From: Azolla caroliniana
Taxonomy: Eukaryota > Plantae > Polypodiophyta
Reading direction: 5' to 3'
DNA length: 64,000 nucleotides
NCBI GenBank assembly: GCA_043228905.1
Contig: JBHGNT010000012.1
Location: 17,236,001 to 17,300,000, forward strand
In this document: positions 12,949-23,312 of the stretch, in pieces
How the letters are laid out: every line of letters begins with the position of its first letter
Numbering within the stretch: position 1 is the stretch's first letter
The notes under the pieces: model-generated
What the model was told of the DNA's origin: nothing
Databases searched by the model: none
What the model saw: the letters and a program-made list of their open reading frames with translations, nothing else
Translations under genes and position numbers: made by a program

Positions 12949-13245
12949 CAATGCTTAATATGAGGAGTCATAGTATGATAAACATTTTTTGCGTTTTTTG
13001 GGTTTTAAGAAATATATGATGATTTAAATATTCAATTTGTATGATTTCATTATCTTTGTGAGGTAGTTATGTTTATTTGTGTATCTTTGTATACTTTCTA
13101 TAGTTCAAGCATCATATGCTTTTCATTATTAAAACTTGTATGTCAAATGACATGTTGGTTTTGGCACTCTCATGTCATATGACATACATCTTTAAAAAGT
13201 GCCCGTCAAAAAACTTAAAGACCAACCTGTCAAATTCAGGCCCTG

Positions 13246-13555
13246 GAGGGAAGCATAAGCAAGGATAAGAACAGGCCGGATGGAGATTCTGATTGTAAAT
13301 GTGACTATGATAGGGAAGGGGAAGTAGGGATAGAACTCGTGATCGTTTAAGTGGAGATAGAGATAGAGATAGACGACATGATCACACACTGGACGGAGAC
13401 TCTCAAAGTAATCAAAGATCTCGTTCACGTTCACGCTTACCATCTAGACCGAGAGACCATGGAAGTGGACGACACAAGGATAGAGAGGGTTCAAATCACT
13501 ATAGGGATAGTTACAACAAACATGATCCCTCTCATGGCACACCCACCATTTCTTC
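13246..13555 (+). pseudogene. Fragment of an RD/RS-rich protein (splicing-factor-like low-complexity tail)
   Basis: Translates as RGSRDRTRDRLSGDRDRDRRHDHTLDGDSQSNQRSRSRSRLPSRPRDHGSGRHKDREGS, with an upstream frameshift and no start codon. Confidence 0.45.
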
Positions 13556-14018
13556 AGTTGCACCAACACACAACCATAGACACATACATGTAGAGAGGGA
13601 GAGAGAGAGAGAGATTAGTGATGGAGAGGGAGAGGGAGAGGGAGAAAGAGAGAGACTTCTTCTCAAGGGGGGTAGGCCGTAGGGCATGCCAAGTGTTGAT
13701 GGGTGATTGGTTCCACCCCCCTCCCAAGGGGGTTCGAATGTGAGGGGAGAGGGAGAGAGACACAAAGAGAGAATGAGAAAGAGAGAGTCGAGACAAACAC
13801 TATTGAGGGGTAACTTCACTATATTTCACTATATTTCTCCTTCTTTTCATGCCCCATGGTGGGGGTTTAAATAGTACAAGATCTAATCAAACATTATAAA
13901 AAGCCAAATGGGGGTAGTTACACCTACTTACCCCACCTCACATTCACACATTAACCTTTCATATTACACACCTTACACATTACACTCTTAACCCTCCCGT
14001 ACACTTATACGGGTAACA
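13556..14018 (-). mobile_element. Probable solo LTR
   Basis: Minus strand begins TGTTACCCG, has TATTTAAA followed by a CT-rich tract, and ends ...GCAACT (degenerate). No TSD seen. Confidence 0.45.
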
Positions 14019-14305
14019 AATCTAGACATGTGCAAAGAGGAACCTTGCAATGTTATCCATATATATTGTGAAATGCACATAGAATCAAATTACCTTGCCT
14101 TGCTTCTTGTCTATGTGCATTCACAATATTTTGGGCCTTTGATCGTATTCCTCATTAAATTAATCTTTTATTTTCAAATTAGTAAGTTCTTGTTCCATAA
14201 AGAAATTGTTTATATTGTTCCAATATAACATCAAGGATAAAGGGCATGCTTTGGCAAGTTGTTTATATTAAACCTAAAATTTAGGCTTGTTCTTTACGTT
14301 GTAAT

Positions 14306-14811
14306 TAGCGCTAGGCACGATTCAATTTTGGTTTGGTTTGATTTCTTTGCTTTTGGAACCAAACCGAACCAGTTATATAAAACAAAAACCAAACCAAACC
14401 ATTTATGAACTCTCAATCCATTTAAACCAGACTGCTTACGAAAAGGTAAACCAAACCATTTAGGGAAAAGTTAAAACCAAACCAAACCATTTAATAAAAA
14501 ATTTAAATCTAACCATTTAAGTAAAACTAATTAAAATTTAAATAAATAAAAATACATTAAATTAAATAAGCATTTAAGTTAAATTAATCAAATCAATAAA
14601 AAACCATTAAATTAATAAACTATTAAGGTGAAAAAAAAAGTTAACCAAAAACAAATAAAACCTTTAAACCAAACCATTTTAACCTATAAACCGATAAACT
14701 CGTGTTTTAAAACCAAAACCAAACCGTTTATTAACCATTAAATTTTTTTGAAACCAGTAACCACAGCTTAACGGTTTGGTGCGGTTTGAGCCGAGACCGT
14801 GCCCATTGCTA
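14306..14811. mobile_element. hAT-type MITE (AAACC/GGTTT-rich), family A
   Basis: TIRs TAGCGCTAGGCACG / CGTGCCCATTGCTA. Perfect 8-bp TSD GTTGTAAT (14298-14305 and 14812-14819). Reverse-complement homologue at 47711-48323. Confidence 0.9.
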
Positions 14812-15525
14812 GTTGTAATATTCTAATTTCATTCTTTCAGTATCTTCATACTTCTTGCTTAGTGGTTCCATTAACCTTTCCTCTACTACAAAAATAAGAA
14901 ATATTGTATATCCAATTGGCTTGCTAAACATAAATAATTTAAACCCTAAATCAAAAGAGAAGACAAGAAAATTTAGGTCTATACATATACATATAATATA
15001 TATATAACGCAACCTTGCATTGTCATGCATATAAATGCAGGCCTCATATCATATTCTTGATCAATTTCAGATCTCTTCGAACTGGCAAATCTCATTCTCA
15101 ATGTTTGTTCCATGAAGAACTCCTTTATCTTAATCCAATATGACATCAACGATAAACTATGTGTTCTTGTCTTATATTATGCCCATCATTCAAAGTTGTT
15201 GTTTGAATGTAATATAATAATTCTATCCTTTTAATATCATCCAACTTCCTCTTTAGTGGTTCCAATAACCTTTCATCAACTACAAAAATATGGAACATTT
15301 AATATTAAATTCAAGATCATTGTTTGCAATGTTATATTCTTATTTTATCCTTCAATATCCCACAAGTTAAATGTTATTGCCTTATATTGAACCCAACATC
15401 TAGGGTCATTGTTTGCAATGTTATATTCTTATTTTATCCTTCAAAAATCTCACTTCTAGCTTAGTAGTTCCATTTACCTTTCCTCAAGGACAATGAGAAG
15501 GAATATCATTCAAACTCCTTCAAGA

Positions 15526-15598
15526 CACCGACCATGGGGCTCGAACCCATGACCACAAGGTTAAGAGCCTTGCACTCTACCAACTAAGCTAGGCTAGC
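15526..15598 (-). pseudogene. tRNA-Lys(CTT) pseudogene 1
   Basis: 73 nt GCTAGCCTAGCTTAGTTGGTAGAGTGCAAGGCTCTTAACCTTGTGGTCATGGGTTCGAGCCCCATGGTCGGTG. Anticodon arm and T arm are intact; the acceptor stem is mismatched by transitions. Confidence 0.9.
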
Positions 15599-15906
15599 TA
15601 GACATTGTCATAATATATAATGTGGGCCTTTGATTATATTCTTCATAGATTTTTGTTCTCTTTTCACTCGTGAGCTCTTGTTTTCTCACTTGGTCCATTA
15701 AAGAATTCATTTACCTTAGTTCAATATGACATCTAGGATAAACGATGTGTTCTTGCCTTATATTGAGCCCAACATTAAATTTTATTGTTTGAATGTAATA
15801 TTATATTATTGTCTTTTTTATATCTTCCCATTTCCTCCTTAGTGGTTCGTAAACCTTTCCTCGACTAGAGAAATAAGAACTATTTAGTGTTCAATTGAGA
15901 GTGATT

Positions 15907-15979
15907 TGTCAGCAATGGGGCTCCAACCCATGACCACAAGGTTAAGATCCTCGAACTCTTCCAATTGAGCTAGACTGTC
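15907..15979 (-). pseudogene. tRNA-Lys(CTT) pseudogene 2
   Basis: 73 nt GACAGTCTAGCTCAATTGGAAGAGTTCGAGGATCTTAACCTTGTGGTCATGGGTTGGAGCCCCATTGCTGACA. The B-box and stems are damaged. Confidence 0.85.
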
Positions 15980-16429
15980 TAGGAAAAGCAAATAAAATCA
16001 TTACAAGCATTAGAATAAAATTCTAGATTTTAGACATATCATAGCGGAACTTTGCAATACTATACATATCTCTCGCATAAGCAGGACCTCAAATTCATGT
16101 TTCACTACCTATTAACGAGTTATTAGATGCAGGAGTTGATCCGAAAGAGATACCCTTCCTCGTGAGCTTATTCTAAATCTAAACCTTGAAAGAAGAAAAT
16201 AAATCGAAAAATAGTGGGTAAATAAAAAAAGACACTTACCAAAACGATGATAGGCCTAGAGAATGTTATTGCATTATAGGGTCATGACTATACAAACCTA
16301 GCAAGTTCAAATTGGCGTAGCATGAAACTATGAAAGCAAAGGAACCATGAAGATCCCACAAGTCCGATATTGATTTTTTTACCATCTCACAGAATCTTAC
16401 GTCTTTTCCATCCACAAAATCTTTCAATC

Positions 16430-17092
16430 CAACCAGGAGAGACTATAACAAGGGGATTGATCCAGGACAAACAGTAACGATGGGATCGATATGGGACAAG
16501 CAGTAATGATGGGATCGATATGGGACAAACAGTAATGATGGGATCGATCCGGGACAAGCGGTAATGATGGGATCGATCCGGGACAAGCGTTACGGATGGG
16601 ATTGATCCAGGACAAGCGTTACCGATGGGATCGATCCGGGACAAGCGATAACTGTGGGATTGACCCAGGACATGCAGTAACGATAGGATCAATCCGAAAC
16701 AAATGGTAAGGATGTGATTGATCCGGGACAAGATGTAACAATGGTATCAATCCAAGATAGGCAGAAACAATGGGACCAATCTGGGACCGAAGGTAACTAT
16801 GGGATGAATCCCATTATGACCACTTGTCCCAGGGATCAATATGGGACAAGTGGTCATAATGGGATCAATTTGGGACAGGAGGCAACAATGGGATCCATCG
16901 AGGACAAGCAGTAACGATGGGATCGATCCAGGACAAGAGGTAATGATGGGATCGATCCAGGAAAAGAGGTAATGATGGGAACAATCCAGGACAAGTGGTA
17001 ACGATGGGATCAATCTGGGACAGGTTCCAACAATGGGATCCATCGAGGACACGCAGTATATCGATGCGGGATGGGATAAATCTGGGACAGAG
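16430..17092. repeat. Minisatellite, ~22 x 29-30 bp (GGGACAAGCRGTAATGATGGGATCGATCC)
   Basis: Seen directly. Each unit carries the palindrome GGATCGATCC, and one unit is inverted (16808-16831). Confidence 0.95.
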
Positions 17093-17943
17093 AATAACAA
17101 TATGGGAAGGAAGGATGCGAACTTTTTGAAGTAGGCAGCCAAAAGAATGTTTTGTCTGCCTCCACTCCGAATGAAACAGAGTATCAAAACAAAATCGCCC
17201 ACAAAAAAATAGGTCCCATCTAATGTAAAAAAAAAAAAAAAGGCATGGGAAAAGGTCTGAGGTTACAGGTAAAAACACTCTGTTTCTTTCTGCCCCTCCA
17301 CCCACCATTTCTCGGATTCATAACACAGGTTCCAACCCAAACACCACATTGTCTCTCTCTCTCTCTCTCTGGTTTTATTCTCTGTGTTTTCTTCCTTTCT
17401 TTCTTTCTTTCTTTCTTTCCCCTCTCTTTCCATTGTCATATTTTGGCTGTCAAATTGCTGATCAGATTTTGGAGATGTTGTTGCGAAAGATAACCAGGTA
17501 CTTCTTTTTCCTCTGATTTTATGTTCTCTGCCTCTTACCTATCCTGTTTCCTTCGTCTGCTAATTTTATATGGATTTAGGGAAGTTTTCCTAGTTCCTAG
17601 GTATATCACATCTCTCGGTGATGATTCTTTCTTTGGAAAGTATGATTTTGAACTGTGTATGTGTGTCTCTGAAGGGTATGGAAACAGTATTTAGTGTAGG
17701 AGGGTTTCCTGTAGAATGAGATCTGTTGTCAGGATGCATAGTGTATGTGTATGGGTATGTGTATGGGTATGTGTGTGTATGTGTATGTGTGCATAGGCAT
17801 AGGCATAGGGCATAGGTGTACGTGCATTCGTGTGCGTATATGTATGCATACTTGGAAATAAGATCACAAGTCATGTGTGTGTGTGTGTGTGTGTGCAGGC
17901 TAGGATAACCCTCATGTAAGAGGGTCTCCCTAAAGGTCTCACA

Positions 17944-18819
17944 ATGGGAAGTGAAGATGATGATGATAGCAAGAAAGTGAAGCCTATTATTAGCACATGT
18001 GAATGGACTTCTGATGCAGTTTCTTGCCTTCTGGAGAAATACGGTGAGAAGTATCGTGTTGGACGGGGTTTGCTAAGGAATACTGATTGGGAGGAAGTAG
18101 CACATAGTGTGAATTCACTTCGCACGCTCCAGGGGCAGCCCAAAACAGTAAAACGGTGTAGGGACAAGATGGATAGCTTGAAAAGAAGGTATAAAACAGA
18201 GAAAACAAGGCTTTTGGGGAGTGGGGCTAGTGTGAGCACTTGGATTTTCTTCAACAAAATGGATGAGATCTTGACATCTGTGTCCAAACCTATCAGGGTC
18301 ACTCCCAAGAAAGCCAAATTGGTCACCCTTCTGAATGCAGAAGATCACACTGTCGCGCCCAATGACTGTGAGCATGCGAATAGCTCATCTAATAGGCCTG
18401 ATGATGAGTCCCTTTCCACTCCAACAAGAGAGAGTGACAGTATTAGTGGCCAAGGGCGGTCTTCTCAAAGGAAAGAGAAAATACACTTGGATGGTTCCGA
18501 AACTGAGTCGTTGGACAATGATGAATCTGATATGCCGAGCCCAAGTGTGGAGGGAATTCCGAAGAAGAAATTAGAGCAACTCTCTGATACCATTCTTAAC
18601 ATACTTGCAAAGAGGAGGCAGCAGGCAAGCTCTCATCCAATCCAGGCATTAGCTGATGCCATAGTTGGGTTCTCAGATGTATATTCGAGGATTGAGCTAG
18701 CAAAGATGGAAATCTATACTGACTTGCAACTTGACATGGCCAAGCATCAAAGCAGGGAGGGAAGTAGGAAAAGGAAGAAAGCACTATCTAGTTTTTCTGG
18801 CTCAGAGATGATAAGATGA
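17944..18819 (+). CDS. Trihelix (Myb/SANT-like) transcription factor, SIP1/ASIL clade, 291 aa
   Basis: WTSDAVSCLLEKYGEKY...DWEEVAHSV...KTVKRCRDKMDSLKRRYKTEK...WIFFNKMDEIL, plus the C-terminal helix LADAIVGFSDVYSRIELAKME typical of the clade. A 5'-UTR intron is predicted at 17498-17898 (CAG|GTA ... GCAG|G). Confidence 0.93.
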   Translation: MGSEDDDDSKKVKPIISTCEWTSDAVSCLLEKYGEKYRVGRGLLRNTDWEEVAHSVNSLRTLQGQPKTVKRCRDKMDSLKRRYKTEKTRLLGSGASVSTWIFFNKMDEILTSVSKPIRVTPKKAKLVTLLNAEDHTVAPNDCEHANSSSNRPDDESLSTPTRESDSISGQGRSSQRKEKIHLDGSETESLDNDESDMPSPSVEGIPKKKLEQLSDTILNILAKRRQQASSHPIQALADAIVGFSDVYSRIELAKMEIYTDLQLDMAKHQSREGSRKRKKALSSFSGSEMIR

Positions 18820-20689
18820 GTTCAACATTTTCGTTCCTTTTCTTAGATATGGATCACCCTCATGACTTGGTATATATAAGATTGACTAATGAGGTGCTTG
18901 CACCTTTATTTTTGAACTGAACTATTGCTATTCGACCATCTCATCCATGTTTTTAAAACAAGGATGGCTTCTGAGAGCTGTGCATGCATGGAATGGACCT
19001 TCTTTGTGTAATTTATTCTTTGTTTGATCTGTTGTGTTTGAGAAAGGATATTCTCCTATCAGACCAAGAAACAAGAAGGGGAATTTGTAAATTTGAGAAT
19101 GTATTTGTATATATGTGTATTAGTCTCAATGTTCACATTCACCTATATAATGTGTGCATATGGCCATATACATACGAACATGTATATCGACAGGGATGTG
19201 AATGTATGCATATATACATATGGATCTGGATATCTGTGGGCATGTGAATGTGTCTGCCCGCAAAAAAGAGTGTCCTTTTGTTGTGTTTGGTTAACTTGTT
19301 CAAGAATTTTCAAAGTCATATTGTACTCATAAATTATATAGGGAAAGAACATATAGAGCATGCTCAGTGGCTTGATTCTACAATTTATTTATAACAGGGG
19401 GGATTCTTTGTGGGAAGCTGTAGAGCCCAGAAGTCAAGAGGCGTTCTTACTTTCTTGGACTGGAAACTTGAAAGCCATAGTAAAGTAATTCTTTTATAGT
19501 CAGTGGTTGGTGTTGACGTATTTGTGCTTATCTTGTGGAATACTAGATGAATGTATCTTGTGCAAGCCATCTGCTCACTAGTAATGTGAATATTGGATTT
19601 TCCTAAAATAAGAATATCTCTCATGTGCTATGTGAAAATGGCATGTAGGCGGAGTAAATTTTGATTTTGTGCTATGGTTTTGTTCTCCTTGATGTGGAAA
19701 TTCAAGAACACTTCTTCATTTTGCTGTGCCAACAGCCTGAGAAAGAACACTGTTTGTGGATGTCAGATTTATCTCCTACTTCATAACATTCAGGTTGTAC
19801 TTGTATATGTCTTGGAGGGCATACAAATCTATTGATCTCGCACTTGTCTCTACAAGCACAATTATGTGTGGTGTTGTGCTCTTTATCCTAAGGTGCCAGC
19901 ATAAAATTCTTTGGTGTATTTTCTTGATTTCATTCATTCTGAGAATTAGATGAAGTATTTCCCCCCCCCCCATACCTCGGTTCCATCTAAAATGGTTTGC
20001 ACCTTGCAAATATCAAAATTGTTAGCCCTGATCTCCCAGCTTCTTGTTGTATTGTGTTTGATTTTCTTAAATTCTCATTCATTTTAAGAGTTGGATGAAG
20101 TAATTCTCCTGCACATCTCTGTTCCATCTGAAAGGATTTACATCACCCAGGTTTGTAAAACCATTTCCCTGATCTCTCTCCTTTGTACATACTGTATTGT
20201 CAGTGTACATACTCTCAAATCCATAATTTTAAGCCATATCTGCCTCCATTCTCCATGTGAAAGGTTTTGCATGGTTACTTGGAATGTCAATGCCCAGGTA
20301 TTTATAGCTGTCCACTCTTGCATGGCATGCCCATGTCAATGGAATATAAACAAATTGTCAGTTCTATTGGTGTTGATTATTGTCATTTTGGTCGTGACCA
20401 CAATTTCAGTTAGACCACGATACTCACGAAATCCTCGTATTGCATTGAGTAATCTATGTACTGTTTGTAATATGTAAGCCATAAGTACAGCATTATCCAA
20501 ATAGACCAATGACAGGATTGGGAACAATGAATGGTTGTTTTGTGTTCATGTTTCTGGAGTGCTCCATTTATTATCTCATTCATGTTATCAATGCAGAAGT
20601 TAAAAGAAAGATGAAGACAAATGATGAACGATTCAGAAGAATTAGTCACAAACATACAGCACAAGAAGTCTCAAGGTAATTATGCTTTT

Positions 20690-21900
20690 CTAGCTTTGCT
20701 GAAAAGTTTTGTGGAAAGGAAAAGGACATAGTAAAAATTGAGAGAATACAAGCAGATCTGCCCAATAAGTGCTTGCATATACAGCCAGCTCTTTGATCAG
20801 CCTTGATGGAAAATGCGGTGAACTTGGAAAAGATAAAGAAGTTTTCCATCATTTTGTGGCCTGAGATGTGGTCTCTTGGACGGCTCTCATCTCAGTAAGT
20901 GCTCAAACTGGATATGATAAGGATGCATGGAATGTTATAAAGCTATGTGGATAGAAGTCCTCTCTCCGGATGTGATCATTTTTATTTGCACCTTAAAAGC
21001 ATGTGGCTAACTAGATGTGTTCAGTATAAGGCCAAGAAAATACATGGTAAGGCCAAGTCAGAGTGTTTCAGTGAAAAAACAATACCCCCCTTGTTACTGA
21101 CTTGATCGATATGAACGCAACATGCGGTGCACTATCAAATCTACTAGAAGTGTTTCATTAGCTTACAGTTAAAAATGCGGTCTCTTGGATGCCTCTTATC
21201 ACCAGACACGTCTAGTGTCAACACGGTGGGGAAGCATTGAAATATTTCCAATGATGGGAATATGAGAATCTCTCTTCAGTACTTTTCTTTCCCTATTGCA
21301 TGGATGTGGTGGCACCATCATGCCATTCGATAAGGTGAAGAAATATGTGCCATGCCATGATTGTTTGAAATGTTCCTTGGTTCATGAAAAGATCTTGATT
21401 TGCACGTCATTGACTGATCTGCATGCAAAATATGGGGCACTTTATGCTCGAGGTATGTTTGATGAAATTAAAGCACCAGCATATACCCGCTTGGAATGCG
21501 CTAATCGCCAGATATGCTCAGGTCAGAATGATAGCAGAGTCATCAATCTACAAAACAGTTGAAGATAACATTGAATGAGATGTGGGTACATTCGCTGTAG
21601 CTCATAATGCAGGTAATCACTTGGATCTAGTCGAGCAAGGGCGATGTGCACATGCTGTGGTATATTCCCACTCTAGAGCATTGAATTTGCATTGTTGATC
21701 TTTTCGGTCATCCAGGAATTTTTGGCATGGCAGTACTGATGATCAAGGGAGGAATACCCATCTTTTCCTTTTCAGAAATGGTAGTATTACCACAACAGTA
21801 CATGTTGTGAAAATAGCATGCGGGGTGAGACAAGAAGAATGCTAGAATTTTGGCTAGATCAAACCTCTAGAAAGTATTTATGGTAGAAATATCAGATGGT
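20690..21900 (+). pseudogene. Heavily degraded PLS-class PPR gene
   Basis: Scattered frameshifted motifs: DVVSWTALIS, LSPD...LKACG, NAVSWMPLI, TSLTDLHAKYGALYARGMFDEI, AWNALIARYAQ. Confidence 0.75.
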
Positions 21901-23312
21901 GGATCTTAGTCAGGTTTGCATAGGGTGTTAGAGAGACATTTCAGGGGAAAAGGATCAATGTGGTCAGTGGCGAAGTCTCCCACCCATTATGTCTATAGAT
22001 TGATCAGTACACCTGAAGAAACATAATGTTACAAGCGGTAACCCACTAACAATCAAGAACCATATACATAATGATATTTTACATCATCAAGTTCGTGATA
22101 TAGCTGAAGGAGTTCATGTCAATAGAAAAGAGAAATTGCACATAATCTTGAGGAGCAAGAAACAAGAAACCAAGTTCAAGCTCTCTAAGACCACCTTTTG
22201 AAAGAGGCCAAAAGGTGTAAGTGTTTTTTAGTGGCTGATATATGCTCACATTCATTAACTCTGCCTACTTTGAGGTATACTTCTTATCAGCTTGATTAGC
22301 ATTTCATGTGTAAACTGTGTTTAGATAGCATCAATATAGATGAGAATTTTGGATAGAATTATAATATCTAGATATCCAGTACTAGTACCTCCATCAAGTG
22401 TAAAGTTGTAGAAAATGTGTACAAGCAGCAGAAACCGTCTATTGATATGTTATCATGTTATATGAAGCCTATGATTCTGCAATCATGACCCCGTTAATAA
22501 CCTTGACGTGTTTGTATTACACAGAAGTGTGTACAAACTCCCTAAGTTTGTGTGCACTAATATTACATGACTTAAATGTGGAAACAAGCTCTTTATGCAT
22601 TCCCAAATCAATAGTAGAGAAGTTCTCCAAAATGTCATGGCAAATTAGTTCAACTATGAAACCTTTGTTTCAAGAGAGGGTGGGTGGTGGCAAATCATCT
22701 TAGATATTGAAGTTTTGAAATTGCAGGAACTGTAGATGCAAATGTCAACTAAGGCAACGATGAGAAGCATCTATGCTTGTGTCATTTAAGAGTGGGTATG
22801 GACAACCTGACCCAAAGAAGAGCAAAATGTTATCTAACTGTTGTCAAGAGTCTTAATTCCATTCTGCATCTCCATCAAATGTGTGTGCAAGAATTGACAA
22901 CTTGACTCAATTGTTTGATATGAGGTCACATAAAAAAAGGTAAAGTAAAACTTATGTAGAGGTTGAGTCACTGTTTAACTTGTGATTTAATAACAAACAT
23001 TAGTTAACACAGGTCATTGCACACAAGAAATCGATGCTTTAGTACTTTTCATGTTCATAATTTGAGTAGCACATTAGATTCATTGCACCATGACATTTAC
23101 CCCATTAACAATTTCAAATGGTAGAATCTGATCTATTAAGAAGTCTATCTGCTTTAGATATACAAGCTGCAGACCATTGAATGAATCGCCTCAATTGTGG
23201 ATATTAATACAAAGATACATTCTTGCTGTGTTTATGAAACATGCCCCTTAAGAAGCGAAGCTTAGACGGCATAAATAATTTGCCAAGGATTATCATACAA
23301 TCGAGATCCACT

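Larger units (their letters stand above)
8550..13245 (+). mobile_element. hAT-superfamily DNA transposon (defective)
   Basis: Contains the transposase pseudogene. Right end ...AAATTCAGGCCCTG is a CAGGG-type TIR. The GCCCGTCAAA subterminal motif occurs at both ends (~8558 and 13201). The left TIR and TSD are not recognisable. Confidence 0.75.

Noticed and set aside
16430-17092. CRISPR-like appearance of the 29-bp repeat
   Set aside because: Units are head-to-tail with no unique spacers, there are no cas genes, and the context is eukaryotic.
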